Counted from the first letter of the stretch, positions 1 through 11,345 are shown. The stretch: DNA of 64,000 nucleotides from Gelidibacter sp. (GCA_041391925.1 JAWKNA010000011.1:25719-89718), one strand, 5' to 3'. Notes: generated from the sequence alone by a model not told the origin. Numbers and translations: made by a program.

Positions 1-23
1 AGGTGACAAGAGTATAAAAAGAG

Positions 24-31
24 TAAATTTG
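24..31 (+). promoter_or_regulatory. Bacteroidota housekeeping -7 promoter box (TAAATTTG) for fur-purA
   Basis: Matches TAnnTTTG; ends 11 nt before the ATG at 43. Confidence 0.55.
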
Positions 32-42
32 CAACGTCAAAT

Positions 43-498
43 ATGAGTGTAAGAACAGAACATAACAATCAAGAAATCGTAAAGAACGTCTTTACCGCAT
101 ATCTTGAAGAAAAAGGCCACAGAAAAACTCCAGAACGTTACGCAATCCTTCAGGAAATCTACGATAGCGAAGAGCATTTTGATATCGAATCGCTATATAT
201 CAAAATGAAAAACAAAAACTATCGTGTGAGCCGCGCGACACTTTACAATACCATAGAATTGCTTCTGGAATGTGCTTTGGTTCGTAAGCATCAGTTTGGA
301 CAAAACCAAGCGCATTACGAAAAATCCTATTTCGATAAACAACATGACCATGTCATCCTTACCGATACAGGTGAAGTGATTGAGTTTTGCGACCCAAGAA
401 TCCAGACGATAAAAAAAACGATTGAGGAAGTATTCGATATATCCATTACGAACCACTCTCTTTACTTTTACGGAACAAAGAACAAATCAACAACTTAA
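43..498 (+). CDS. fur: Fur family transcriptional regulator
   Basis: [27 protein letters not shown] winged helix; HHDHVI metal site. Confidence 0.9.
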   Translation: MSVRTEHNNQEIVKNVFTAYLEEKGHRKTPERYAILQEIYDSEEHFDIESLYIKMKNKNYRVSRATLYNTIELLLECALVRKHQFGQNQAHYEKSYFDKQHDHVILTDTGEVIEFCDPRIQTIKKTIEEVFDISITNHSLYFYGTKNKSTT

Positions 499-507
499 TA
501 TTTTAAA

Positions 508-1779
508 ATGGCAGTAGATTTACTACTAGGATTACAATGGGGCGATGAAGGCAAAGGAAAAATTGTCGATGTATTGACCTCCAAATACAACATTATTGCA
601 CGATTCCAAGGTGGCCCAAATGCTGGACACACCTTGGTTTTCAATGGAAAAAAGCACGTGCTGCATACCATTCCATCCGGAATTTTCCATGATGATAAAA
701 TAAATCTTGTAGGCAATGGTGTAGTGATTGACCCTGTCATCTTCAATAGAGAATTGGACAAACTGGATGAACAAAACATTGACTACAAAAAGTCGTTATT
801 GATTTCTCGAAAGGCACATATCATTTTGCCGACCCATCGTTTGCTTGATGCTGCCAGTGAAGCGGCTAAAGGAAAAGCAAAAATCGGTTCCACACTTAAA
901 GGTATTGGTCCAACCTACATGGACAAAACAGGCCGAAACGGCATTAGAGTCGGCGATATAGAAATGTCCGACTGGAAAGAAAAATACCGTGCCTTGGCGG
1001 ATAAGCATGAAGCGATGATTGCATTCTACAATGTCGATGTTCAGTATGATTTAAAGGAATTAGAAACAGAGTTTTTTAAATCTATTGAAACTTTGAAGAC
1101 ATTACAATTCATTGATTCTGAAGAATATCTACATAAAGCACAAAAAGAGGGCAAATCCATTTTGGCTGAAGGGGCACAAGGTTCATTGTTGGACATCGAT
1201 TTTGGAACCTATCCATTTGTAACCTCATCAAACACAACTGCAGCTGGTGCGTGTACGGGTTTGGGAATTGCTCCCAACAAAATTGGTGAAGTCATAGGCA
1301 TTTTTAAGGCTTATACCACGCGTGTGGGTTCAGGTCCATTCCCAACCGAATTGTTTGACGAAGATGGTGCCACAATGGGTCGTGTAGGTAACGAATTTGG
1401 CGCCACAACTGGACGTCCACGTCGCTGTGGCTGGCTGGATTTGGTGGCGTTGCGCTATGCTTGTCAAGTGAATGGAGTCACTCAATTGATTATGATGAAA
1501 GGCGATGTGCTTTCCGGTTTCAAAACTTTGAAGATATGTTCAGCTTACAAATATAAAGGCGAAACCATCCATCATTTCCCTTTTAATATTGATGAAGAAA
1601 ATGTTACTCCCATTTATACTGAAATGAAAGGTTGGAATGCGGATTTGACAGAAATGACCGAAGCCTCCCAAATGCCAAAACCGTTAATGGATTATATTGA
1701 ATTTCTTGAAAAAGAACTCGAAATCCCAATTACAATCGTGTCAGTTGGGCCAGATAGAAAGCAGACTATTGTTAGATAA
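508..1779 (+). CDS. purA: Adenylosuccinate synthetase
   Basis: GLQWGDEGKGK, GGPNAGHT, EGAQG, GATTGRPRRCGWLD. Confidence 0.98.
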   Translation: MAVDLLLGLQWGDEGKGKIVDVLTSKYNIIARFQGGPNAGHTLVFNGKKHVLHTIPSGIFHDDKINLVGNGVVIDPVIFNRELDKLDEQNIDYKKSLLISRKAHIILPTHRLLDAASEAAKGKAKIGSTLKGIGPTYMDKTGRNGIRVGDIEMSDWKEKYRALADKHEAMIAFYNVDVQYDLKELETEFFKSIETLKTLQFIDSEEYLHKAQKEGKSILAEGAQGSLLDIDFGTYPFVTSSNTTAAGACTGLGIAPNKIGEVIGIFKAYTTRVGSGPFPTELFDEDGATMGRVGNEFGATTGRPRRCGWLDLVALRYACQVNGVTQLIMMKGDVLSGFKTLKICSAYKYKGETIHHFPFNIDEENVTPIYTEMKGWNADLTEMTEASQMPKPLMDYIEFLEKELEIPITIVSVGPDRKQTIVR

Positions 1780-1856
1780 TACAAGTGTTAAAACTTTTGT
1801 TAACTAACAATACCTGCAAATTAATAAAGTTATTTTTGAAACAAATATCTAACATC

Positions 1857-3656
1857 TTGAAAGCATTCCCGTACGCTATATTTCTTATGTTCAGTTTGTG
1901 TTTCACAATAATCAGCACCGCACAGACTTCCAAAAAAATTCGTATTGAATATGCGCCATTTGCCAATTCCGATTCCTTAAAAGGTCCCGGAGTAACTGTA
2001 TTTACCCGTGACAATATGCAGCAAGTGCATTTTGCCCATGAAGGTATTGATATGTGGTGTGACAAAGCCATTTATTACGAAAAGGAAGACTTTATCGAAG
2101 CCTTCAGCAATGTGGTCATGAAACAGGGCGACACAGTGAATATGAACGCTAGACATGTAGAATACAGTGGAAAAACCCAATTGGCATTTGCTAGCGGAAA
2201 TGTGATACTTACTGAACCAAAGTCAACTTTAACGACAGATACTCTCTATTTTGATAAGGTAAAACAACAAGCTTATTATAAAACTGGCGGACAAGTGGTT
2301 AGGGATTCATCCGGAACGATAACCAGCAGAATTGGACGTTATTATATGGAGAACAAGAAGTATCAATTTGTAAATGATGTGGTTTTGGTAAACCCTCAAT
2401 ACACACTCAATACCAATCAACTCGATTTTTATTCAGACAATGGACACGCCTATCTGTATGGACCTTCAACCATTGTTGGTGAAACAAGCACCATTTACTG
2501 TGAACGTGGTTTTTATGATACAGAAAATGACACAGGCTATTTTGTCAAAAAATCAAAAATCAATTATGAAAGCCGAATCATTGAAGGAGACAGCATGTAC
2601 TTTGACCGAAAGATTGATTTTGCTTCAGCTACCAATAATATCAAAATTACTGATACTATTAACCATAGTGTTGCCAAAGGCCATTATGCGGAGGTTTGGA
2701 AAGCAAAAGATTCTGTGTTCATAACCAAACGAGCGTTGATTATCACCGTACAAGAAGGCGACTCGCTTTACATGCACAGTGATACCATTCGAGTCAATGG
2801 CCCGCCAGAAAATCGAATTACACGTGCCTATTACAATGCCAGACTCTTTAAAAGCGATTTGAGCGGAAAGGCAGATTCCATACATGCAAATCACAAAACT
2901 GGCCTAACACGCTTGATTAATTTAGCCCGCTTTTCTTCCTCGGATGCTTTTAGTTCCAAAAGAAATCCTGTTTTGTGGAATGTCGGCAATCAAATGACTG
3001 GCGACACCATCCATTTGATTGCGAATCCAAAAACAGAACAATTGGATTCTCTATTGGTCTTTAACGATGCATTCATTATAAGTAAGGACACATTGGGAGA
3101 TGGCTACAGTCAAACCAAAGGCCAACGTTTGATTGGTCTTTTTAAGGACAATAAATTGTATAATGTTGATATCATCAAAAATGCAGAAGTCATTTATTTT
3201 ATGCGTGATGACAAAGGAGAATTGGTAGGCATCAACAAATCAAAATCTGGAAGTATCAATATGCAAATTGAGAACAATGAAATTGTTGAAACCCGATTTA
3301 TCAACCAGGTCGATGGGGATATCTATCCAGAATCCGAATTTCCAGAAAATGCAAGAAAATTGAGAGGGTTTGTCTGGCGTGATGATGAACGACCAAAAAG
3401 TGTGGAAGATTTGTTTAAGGACGACCCACCATTGGAATTACCAGTCATAAGAGGTTTGGACGAATATGTGCCGCAGGAAGATTTTTTTGACGAAGGATTG
3501 ATGCAGCGTGTTGAAGATGCAACTCCAAAAGATGCCAAGGAAGATGAAGTACAAAAAGCTGCACGCAACATACCTGAAGAGGCTATAAAAAAATCTGATT
3601 CCATTAAGGCTACTCAAAAGAGCTCTGTGAAGAAAGTCCTGAAAAAAGAAAATTGA
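1857..3656 (+). CDS. OstA/LptA-LptD-like beta-jellyroll envelope protein
   Basis: Signal peptide and repeated (T/A)DSLYFD/GDT motifs; the ORF track starts at 1785, but TTG 1857 follows a TATTTTTG box at 1831-1838. Confidence 0.75.
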   Translation: MKAFPYAIFLMFSLCFTIISTAQTSKKIRIEYAPFANSDSLKGPGVTVFTRDNMQQVHFAHEGIDMWCDKAIYYEKEDFIEAFSNVVMKQGDTVNMNARHVEYSGKTQLAFASGNVILTEPKSTLTTDTLYFDKVKQQAYYKTGGQVVRDSSGTITSRIGRYYMENKKYQFVNDVVLVNPQYTLNTNQLDFYSDNGHAYLYGPSTIVGETSTIYCERGFYDTENDTGYFVKKSKINYESRIIEGDSMYFDRKIDFASATNNIKITDTINHSVAKGHYAEVWKAKDSVFITKRALIITVQEGDSLYMHSDTIRVNGPPENRITRAYYNARLFKSDLSGKADSIHANHKTGLTRLINLARFSSSDAFSSKRNPVLWNVGNQMTGDTIHLIANPKTEQLDSLLVFNDAFIISKDTLGDGYSQTKGQRLIGLFKDNKLYNVDIIKNAEVIYFMRDDKGELVGINKSKSGSINMQIENNEIVETRFINQVDGDIYPESEFPENARKLRGFVWRDDERPKSVEDLFKDDPPLELPVIRGLDEYVPQEDFFDEGLMQRVEDATPKDAKEDEVQKAARNIPEEAIKKSDSIKATQKSSVKKVLKKEN

Positions 3657-4840
3657 TGTCAGAGGATTTTTTGAAATATCAAGCACAAACTACACCGCAT
3701 CCATTGGCGATGGAAATATCGCATGCCGAAGGTTCTTATATTTATGACACCAATGACAAACCTCATCTCGATTTTGTAGCTGGTGTTTCCGCTTGTACGC
3801 TGGGACATAAACATCCAAAAGTCGTGAAGGCCATCAAGGAACAATTGGATAAATATCTTCATGTGATGGTCTATGGCGAATACATTCAAGAACCAGCCGT
3901 TGAGCTTACCAAGTCATTAGCGAAACACCTACCAGATTCATTAGAGACCACATATTTGACCAATTCTGGAACAGAAGCGATTGAAGGTGCGTTGAAATTG
4001 GCGAGGCGAGCAACAGGTAGAAGTGAAATTATTGCTGCAAAATATGCCTACCATGGCAATACCATGGGTTCTATGAGCGTGATGGGTTTTGAAGAGCGAA
4101 AAAAGGCATTTCGCCCTTTGGTACCAGATGTACATTTTATCACTTATAATGATTGTGATGCCATTCAAAACATCACCCGAAAAACGGCTGCTGTGCTTTT
4201 GGAAACCATCCAAGGTGGTGCAGGTTTTATTTTACCAAAAGGAAATTATTTGTCTAAAGTCAGAACACGTTGTGATGAGGTTGGTGCCTTGTTGATTTTG
4301 GATGAAATTCAACCAGGCATTGGTCGTACAGGCAAATTGTTCGGATTTGAACATTACCATTGTGTTCCAGATATTCTTGTGACCGGAAAAGGCCTTGGAG
4401 GCGGGATGCCTATTGGTGCTTTCACAGCATCTCGCGGTATGATGTCCACCTTAAAGGATCATCCAAAACTTGGTCACATTACTACCTTTGGTGGACATCC
4501 AGTGATAGCTGCTGCAGCTTTGGCAACGCTAAAAGAAGTAACAGAGAGCAGATTAATGTCTCAAGCACTCGAAAAAGAACAACTTTTCCGTAAACATTTG
4601 ACCCATCCTTTGATCAAAGAAATAAGAGGGAAAGGATTAATGTTGGCCGCAATTTTATCTTCGGCAGAAGTAGTAAATGAGGTGATTTTATCTTGTCAAA
4701 AGGAAGGTTTGATTTTATTTTGGCTACTTTTTGAACCAAAAGCCATCAGGATTACACCTCCATTGACCATCTCAAACGAAGAAATTATCCACGGTTGCAA
4801 CATTATTCTTTCTGTTTTGGATAAAATTCAAAAAAAATAA
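3656..4840 (+). CDS. Class III PLP aminotransferase (acetylornithine aminotransferase-like)
   Basis: NSGTEAIEGALK, YHGNT, LILDEIQPGIGRTG, TGKGLGGG. Confidence 0.9.
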   Translation: MSEDFLKYQAQTTPHPLAMEISHAEGSYIYDTNDKPHLDFVAGVSACTLGHKHPKVVKAIKEQLDKYLHVMVYGEYIQEPAVELTKSLAKHLPDSLETTYLTNSGTEAIEGALKLARRATGRSEIIAAKYAYHGNTMGSMSVMGFEERKKAFRPLVPDVHFITYNDCDAIQNITRKTAAVLLETIQGGAGFILPKGNYLSKVRTRCDEVGALLILDEIQPGIGRTGKLFGFEHYHCVPDILVTGKGLGGGMPIGAFTASRGMMSTLKDHPKLGHITTFGGHPVIAAAALATLKEVTESRLMSQALEKEQLFRKHLTHPLIKEIRGKGLMLAAILSSAEVVNEVILSCQKEGLILFWLLFEPKAIRITPPLTISNEEIIHGCNIILSVLDKIQKK

Positions 4841-5004
4841 TATAGATTTGGTCTGACCTAAATATCTATTTATTAGAACTTAACCGTAATTCAATTGAAA
4901 TATAGATACAACTGTTAATTAATTTGTTGAAAAGATTGAACCCAAAAACTTCAATTTCTTATTGATAACAGTAAATTTATTTCAACGAACCTTAACAACT
5001 GCTT

Positions 5005-6417
5005 ATGGAGTTCAGTCAACGTGACGACAACAACAATCATTCCCTGACAAAATTTGAGTCAATGTTGAAAACAAACAACGTTTTGTTCTTTGACTCTGGT
5101 GAATTCGAAAACATCATCTACCATTATCTTGAAATTGGAAAAATTGCTCTCGCAAAAAAGGCAATCAAAATGGGATTGGCACAACATCCTACCTCTGTGA
5201 CCCTTAAATTATTTCAAGTGGAAATTTACGTTTTGGAAGATAAGTTGCAATTGGCAGATAAATTGCTTGATGCCTTGTATCTGCTGGAACCTACGAATGA
5301 GGAAATCTACATTCAAAAAGCAAGCATTTTATCAAAGCGGGATGAGCATCAAAAAGCCATTGACACATTGATGATTGCACTAAAACTTATAGAGGACGAA
5401 ACAGACGAAGCGGATGTGTATGCATTGATTGGCATGGAATACCTGTTTATGGACCATTTTGAAAATGCCAAAAACTACTTTGTTAAGTGTTTGGAATTGG
5501 ACAATGAAGATTATTCGGCGCTTTATAACATCATATACTGCTTTGATTTTTTGGATTTGAATTCGGAGGCTATTGATTTTCTGAATCATTATCTTGACAA
5601 TAATCCCTACAGCGAAGTCGCTTGGCATCAATTGGGCAGACAATATTTTGCCCTCAAGGACTATGAAAAAGCATTAGCCGCCTTTGATTTTGCTATCATT
5701 TCTGATGATACATTTGTAGGTGCCTATCTAGAAAAAGGCAAAGTACTTGAAAAACAAAGACAATATCTCGAAGCCATCGAGAATTACAAAATCACCTTGG
5801 CGCTTGACGAACCAACTTCATTTGCATTATTGAGAATTGGTAGTTGTCATGAAAAATTAGGGGAATTCGATGAGGCAGTTCAATATTATTATAAAACCGT
5901 TCACGAAGATCCACTTTTGGACAAAGGATGGATTGCCATTACTAAATTTTACAACAAGCAAAAGGATTACCAAAAGGCATTATACTACATCAATAAAGCA
6001 ATAAATATTGATGGTGAAAATGTCCTCTATTGGAAATTATATGCACAAATAAACCATCGTTTGAATTTTCTTGAAGAAGCAGAGCGAGGATACAAAAAAA
6101 CCTTGGACCTTGGCAATTACGAATTGGACACATGGATATCACGTGGCGACATTTTGGTAAATTTAGGTGAATTTGAAGCTGCTGCTCTTAATTTAATCCA
6201 AGCAGCTGAATTTTATCCCGAAACTTCTGAAATTGAATATCGCCTAGCAGGTATTTACTATACACTGCTTGAAACCGAAAAGGGCTTTTATCATCTAAAA
6301 AATGGCTTATTGCTCAATCCCGAATTCGATTTTATCATGGACGAATTATTTCCATTGATTGCCAATCAAAAATCGGTGAGAGATATAATTTCAAATTCTA
6401 AAAAACAGTCCAGCTAA
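5005..6417 (+). CDS. Tetratricopeptide repeat protein
   Basis: Multiple 34-aa TPR units, e.g. AWHQLGRQYFALKDYEKALAAF. Confidence 0.85.
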   Translation: MEFSQRDDNNNHSLTKFESMLKTNNVLFFDSGEFENIIYHYLEIGKIALAKKAIKMGLAQHPTSVTLKLFQVEIYVLEDKLQLADKLLDALYLLEPTNEEIYIQKASILSKRDEHQKAIDTLMIALKLIEDETDEADVYALIGMEYLFMDHFENAKNYFVKCLELDNEDYSALYNIIYCFDFLDLNSEAIDFLNHYLDNNPYSEVAWHQLGRQYFALKDYEKALAAFDFAIISDDTFVGAYLEKGKVLEKQRQYLEAIENYKITLALDEPTSFALLRIGSCHEKLGEFDEAVQYYYKTVHEDPLLDKGWIAITKFYNKQKDYQKALYYINKAINIDGENVLYWKLYAQINHRLNFLEEAERGYKKTLDLGNYELDTWISRGDILVNLGEFEAAALNLIQAAEFYPETSEIEYRLAGIYYTLLETEKGFYHLKNGLLLNPEFDFIMDELFPLIANQKSVRDIISNSKKQSS

Positions 6418-6454
6418 ATTTGTATATCTTTAGCATTCCTATTTAAAAATTGCA

Positions 6455-7375
6455 ATGCAAAGACGTTTTTTAGACTATGCTGTCATCTCTTTAAAAGGGA
6501 TAGCCATGGGAGCAGCTGATGCAGTTCCTGGAGTTTCTGGAGGAACCATCGCTTTTATTTCCGGAATTTATGAAGAATTGATTTCTACCATAAGTGGTGT
6601 CAACCTTACCTTATTTACGACATTTAAAAATGAAGGTTTCAAGACTTTTTGGAAACAACTCAATGGAAATTTTTTAGTTGCATTATTGACTGGAATCCTC
6701 ATTAGTTTTGTATCGTTCATGCGTTTGGCAAAATATCTCATTGAACATCATCCTGTGCTTATTTGGTCGTTCTTTTTTGGGCTTATTGTCGCAAGCGTTT
6801 ATTTTGTTGGAAAGCAAATAACAAAATGGAACGCTAGTGCCATAATTTCTTTTGCTATAGGAACAATTGCTGCATATTATATCTCTCAATTGCCTTCAAT
6901 GTCAGATACTGATAGTTCACTTTTCTTATTTTTTGCAGGGGCTTTGGCTATTTGTGCCATGATTCTCCCTGGTATTTCAGGAGCTTTTATACTGGTAATT
7001 CTTGGTGCCTATAAAACCTTGAGCGACGCACTTCATGATTTTGATTTTAAAAAAATTGTCGTTTTTGCCTTTGGAGCATTAGTGGGCATTTTAAGCTTTA
7101 GTCGAGTCCTTAAATGGTTGTTTAAACATTACCATAACGCCACATTGGCAATTTTAACAGGTTTTATTTTTGGCTCACTTAACAAGATTTGGCCTTGGAA
7201 ACGTGTCTTGACATGGCGCAAGGATTCGGCAGGCATGGATATTCCGCTAGTGGAAAAAAGTATTTCACCTTTCAATTATGAAGGAAATCCTCAACTAGTT
7301 TTTGCAATTTGCTTGATGCTGATTGGTTTTTTGACTATTTTCATATTGGAAAGAATAGGCGACAAAAAAAACTGA
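6455..7375 (+). CDS. DUF368 membrane protein (undecaprenyl-phosphate translocase family)
   Basis: MGAADAVPGVSGGTIA and AMILPGISGA re-entrant motifs; polytopic. Confidence 0.88.
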   Translation: MQRRFLDYAVISLKGIAMGAADAVPGVSGGTIAFISGIYEELISTISGVNLTLFTTFKNEGFKTFWKQLNGNFLVALLTGILISFVSFMRLAKYLIEHHPVLIWSFFFGLIVASVYFVGKQITKWNASAIISFAIGTIAAYYISQLPSMSDTDSSLFLFFAGALAICAMILPGISGAFILVILGAYKTLSDALHDFDFKKIVVFAFGALVGILSFSRVLKWLFKHYHNATLAILTGFIFGSLNKIWPWKRVLTWRKDSAGMDIPLVEKSISPFNYEGNPQLVFAICLMLIGFLTIFILERIGDKKN

Positions 7376-7376
7376 C

Positions 7377-8396
7377 ATGCAAAGCACCCGAACATTTACA
7401 GATCGACTTTTTCTTGTCATCAAAGGACTAGGTATGGGAGCTGCTAACAAAGTCCCAGGTGTTTCTGGTGGAGTGGTTGCATTTGTGGCTGGATTTTATG
7501 AAGAATTTATCTACTCGCTTCAAAAGGTAAACAAAACTGCCTTCAAACTCTTATTCAATGGACGATTCAAAAGTTTCTTCAATTACATCAATGGCCGTTT
7601 TTTAAGTTTGCTTTTTTTTGGAATGATTGTAAGCTATTTTAGCGTTTCCAAAATTCTCGATTATTTTTTGAAGCATTACGAACTCTATGTTTGGAGCATG
7701 TTTTTCGGAATGATTATTGGATCTATATATTACATCCAAAAAGATTTCAGAATGTGGAATTACAAAACATTTCTATCTCTTGTCCTAGGTATCCTTATTG
7801 GTATTGGTATCAGTTTTTTAGATCCTGCAAGAGAAAACGATAACCTGTGGTTTGTTTTCTTTTGCGGCATCATTAGTGTTTCAGGCATGACATTGCCAGG
7901 ATTTTCAGGTTCATTTATTCTCATTTTGTTAGGGAATTATGTATTGTTGTTGGTCGATTCGGTCAATGCGCTTTCGGATACATTTTATGACCTTTTAAGT
8001 GGAAATTTTGGATTTATACATAACTCTGCGAGGATACGGTTGCTGAAAGTATTGATTGTTTTTACTTTGGGCTCTGTGACTGGTCTGGTTACCTTTTCGC
8101 ATATTTTAACTTATATCTTTAAACATCATAAAAATGTGACCATTTCAGTAATCATTGGTTTTATTGTAGGTAGTTTGGGAGTTGTTTGGCCTTGGAAAAA
8201 AACCATTTACAAATTATCTGAAAAAGGCGATTTTTTATACGACTCCACTGGATCAAAAATTGTTTCCAACTATGAACGATTTATTCCACAACTTAACAGT
8301 GAAACCTATTTGGCAATTGTGTATATTGCAATAGGAATACTGATTGTATTAGCACTGGAATGGTATGGTCAAAAAACTCGAAAATTGAATGCCTAA
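7377..8396 (+). CDS. DUF368 membrane protein, second paralogue
   Basis: MGAANKVPGVSGG and MTLPGFSGS motifs; WPWK near the C-terminus. Confidence 0.85.
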   Translation: MQSTRTFTDRLFLVIKGLGMGAANKVPGVSGGVVAFVAGFYEEFIYSLQKVNKTAFKLLFNGRFKSFFNYINGRFLSLLFFGMIVSYFSVSKILDYFLKHYELYVWSMFFGMIIGSIYYIQKDFRMWNYKTFLSLVLGILIGIGISFLDPARENDNLWFVFFCGIISVSGMTLPGFSGSFILILLGNYVLLLVDSVNALSDTFYDLLSGNFGFIHNSARIRLLKVLIVFTLGSVTGLVTFSHILTYIFKHHKNVTISVIIGFIVGSLGVVWPWKKTIYKLSEKGDFLYDSTGSKIVSNYERFIPQLNSETYLAIVYIAIGILIVLALEWYGQKTRKLNA

Positions 8397-9126
8397 TTTT
8401 GGGCTCATAGGGAAACACATTTCATATTCATTTTCAAAAACTCACTTCACAGCCAAATTTGAAAATGACGAGCTCGATTATTCCTATGAAAATTTTGATA
8501 TTGAGGATATCTCCCAGTTTCCTTCCATAATAAAAAATTATCCAGAACTTTTGGGGTTGAATGTCACTATTCCATATAAAGAAAGTATCATTCCCTATTT
8601 AGACGAATTAAATGATATTGCAAGAGAAATAGGGGCAGTCAATACCATCAAAATTGAATCTTCCGGAAAGTTAAAAGGTTATAACACGGATTATTATGGA
8701 TTTGAAAAATCCATTGAACCCTTGCTTAAACCCCATCACACAAGGGCCTTGATTTTAGGAACTGGTGGTGCCTCAAAAGGCGTGGCTTTTGGGCTCAAAA
8801 ACCTTGGTATTTCATTTGATTTTGTGTCGCGCCAATCCAACGGCATGGCACAATTCACTTATGGGGACCTTACCGAAGACCTTATCAAATCGTATCCCAT
8901 CATCATTAATTGCACACCAATTGGAACCCTTCCCAATGTCAACGAATGTCCCGATATTCCTTATGATGCGGTCGGTAAAGGGCATTTACTTTATGACCTT
9001 ATTTACAATCCTATACAGACCAAATTTTTGATATGTGGTGAAATAAAAGGCGCCACTATCAGTAACGGATTCAGAATGCTGGAATTACAGGCAGAAAAAG
9101 CTTGGGATATTTGGAGTATGGCTTAA
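8389..9126 (+). CDS. aroE: Shikimate dehydrogenase
   Basis: GLNVTIPYK, IGAVNT, NTDYYGF, LGTGGA, DLIYNP. Confidence 0.95.
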   Translation: MPNFGLIGKHISYSFSKTHFTAKFENDELDYSYENFDIEDISQFPSIIKNYPELLGLNVTIPYKESIIPYLDELNDIAREIGAVNTIKIESSGKLKGYNTDYYGFEKSIEPLLKPHHTRALILGTGGASKGVAFGLKNLGISFDFVSRQSNGMAQFTYGDLTEDLIKSYPIIINCTPIGTLPNVNECPDIPYDAVGKGHLLYDLIYNPIQTKFLICGEIKGATISNGFRMLELQAEKAWDIWSMA

Positions 9127-9217
9127 ATCCTCCCAAAAAATGTTTTTACTTTGTAATCTAACGAGTTGTTAGTATATTTAACCTTTTAAGAAATTTTTGA
9201 ACCTAAACATTGTAACA

Positions 9218-11287
9218 ATGTCTGAGAATGATAACCTGCAAAATGCAGATGGAAAACAAGAAGTAGACGTTTCGGAAAAGAATACGAAGGGTAATGAACT
9301 GGAAATTGTTGAAGAGGAAGCCTCAAAACAAGAAGTTGAAACACAGGAAGAGCCTGAGGTAACTAACGAAGAAACCGAAAATGTTGTGGCAGAATCATCT
9401 ACCATAAAAACTGAAGAGGGTGAACCATCCTCCAATGAGCATACAGACATTTCAGAAGATTCACCTACTGAAACATCTTCTAAAAAAGCAAAAAACCATG
9501 TAGAAGAAATTGAGGAATCAAATGCAGAAGATGCAGAAGATGCCGATAATGTGGATAGGCATGCTTTAGAGGATAAAGATTACCATAGTATGTCAATGGA
9601 ACAATTGGCCGATGAATTTGAAAATCTTCTGAAGAACAAAAAGGTTCAAACCATCAAATCGCATGTGGATGAAATCAAATCGGAATTTAATGCTAAATTT
9701 TCAGAAATCCTTGAAGAAAAAAAAGAAGATTTTTTAGCCGATGGAGGTGATGAGATTGATTTTTATTTTTCGAGTCCCGTAAAAAAACGATTCAATTCAC
9801 TTTATAACGATTACAGAAAAGATTTAAATGCATACTACAAAACTTTAGAATCCAACCTAAAGGCAAATCTTGAGAAAAGGCTACAAATCATTGAAGAAAT
9901 AAAGGGTCTTATTAATGTTGAAGAAAACATCAACACTACCTATAAGCACTTTAAGGATTTGCAGGAGCAATGGCGAAATGCTGGTCCAATTCCTAGGGAT
10001 AAATACAATAATGCATGGAATACTTATCATCACCATGTTGAGATTTTCTATGATTTTTTGCACCTCAATCGCGATTTGCGCGATATGGATTTCAAGCACA
10101 ATCTCGAACAAAAACTAAAAATCATTGAGCGTGCCGAGGAATTGGCAAAAGATGACAACACCAATAGAGCCTTTAGGGAATTGCAGGTACTTCACAAAAT
10201 GTGGAAGGAAGATTTAGGCCCTGTGGACCGAGAATATCGAGAAGACATTTGGGAACGATTCAGTAATGCCACTAAAGAGATACATGATAAACGTCAAGCT
10301 TATTTTGCCAATATCGACGAAATACATGAAGCCAATCTAGTCAAAAAAGAAGACATCATATCACAAATCAATGAGGTAGCAAAAGATGATGCCAACTCGC
10401 ACCAAGCATGGCAGAAAAAAATCAAGAAAATTGAAGGTTTACGGCAAGAATTTTTTAATGCAGGAAAAGTACCACTAAAAGTCAATGAAACTACTTGGTC
10501 AAAATTCAAAGCTGCAGTAAGAGCTTTTAACAGAAAGAAGAATGGTTTTTATAAGAATCTGAAAAAAGACCAATATGATAATCTTCAGAAAAAGCTGGAA
10601 CTTATCAAAGTTGCGGAAGATAATAAAGACAGTGATGATTTTGAAACTGTCACACCTTTGATGAAGAAAATCCAAAGTGATTGGAAAAGTATAGGTCATG
10701 TTCCGAGAAAGGACAGCGACAAAATATGGAATCGATTTAAAGCAGCCTGCAACCATTATTTTGACCGAATACATGCCGAACGCAAGGCAGAAAACCAAGA
10801 ACAATTTGATGCCTTTGACAAAAAATCAAAGCTCTTGGACTCTATTAAGGAATTAAAATTATCGGGAAAACCGGAAGTTGATGTGGAAACCATCAAAGGG
10901 AAAATAGAGGAATGGAAATCTTTGGGGCAAGTGCCTCAAAACAAAAGGTTTATTGAAGGAAAGTTCAATAAAGCACTTGATAATTTGTTCAGCAGTCTTA
11001 AAATGGACAAATCGGAAGTGGAGATGATAAAGTTTGAGAATAAGCTGGAAACGCTTTCACAACCTGATGACACAAGACTTCTTGACAATGAGCATAACTT
11101 TATCCGTAAGAAAATTGACGAGGCCAAAAGCGAAATCAATCAATTGGAAAATAACCTGCAGTTCTTTTCCAATGTGGATGAGACCAATCCATTGGTCAAA
11201 AGCGTACTAAAAAATATTGAAACCCATAAAGACAATCTTGCTGTTTGGGAGGAGAAATTGAAGAAGGTCAAGGAACTCTATGAATAA
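9218..11287 (+). CDS. DUF349 repeat coiled-coil protein
   Basis: Repeated LQEQWRNAGPIPR / QSDWKSIGHVPR units after an acidic N-terminus; ATG 9218 preferred over TTG 9197. Confidence 0.85.
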   Translation: MSENDNLQNADGKQEVDVSEKNTKGNELEIVEEEASKQEVETQEEPEVTNEETENVVAESSTIKTEEGEPSSNEHTDISEDSPTETSSKKAKNHVEEIEESNAEDAEDADNVDRHALEDKDYHSMSMEQLADEFENLLKNKKVQTIKSHVDEIKSEFNAKFSEILEEKKEDFLADGGDEIDFYFSSPVKKRFNSLYNDYRKDLNAYYKTLESNLKANLEKRLQIIEEIKGLINVEENINTTYKHFKDLQEQWRNAGPIPRDKYNNAWNTYHHHVEIFYDFLHLNRDLRDMDFKHNLEQKLKIIERAEELAKDDNTNRAFRELQVLHKMWKEDLGPVDREYREDIWERFSNATKEIHDKRQAYFANIDEIHEANLVKKEDIISQINEVAKDDANSHQAWQKKIKKIEGLRQEFFNAGKVPLKVNETTWSKFKAAVRAFNRKKNGFYKNLKKDQYDNLQKKLELIKVAEDNKDSDDFETVTPLMKKIQSDWKSIGHVPRKDSDKIWNRFKAACNHYFDRIHAERKAENQEQFDAFDKKSKLLDSIKELKLSGKPEVDVETIKGKIEEWKSLGQVPQNKRFIEGKFNKALDNLFSSLKMDKSEVEMIKFENKLETLSQPDDTRLLDNEHNFIRKKIDEAKSEINQLENNLQFFSNVDETNPLVKSVLKNIETHKDNLAVWEEKLKKVKELYE

Positions 11288-11310
11288 ATAATAATATTTC
11301 AAAAAAGAAG

Positions 11311-11345
11311 AAAGTCTCACAAAAACCATTGATGAGACTTTTTTT
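11311..11345 (+). terminator. Rho-independent terminator after the DUF349 gene
   Basis: AAAGTCTCA...TGAGACTTT followed by a T-run. Confidence 0.65.
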
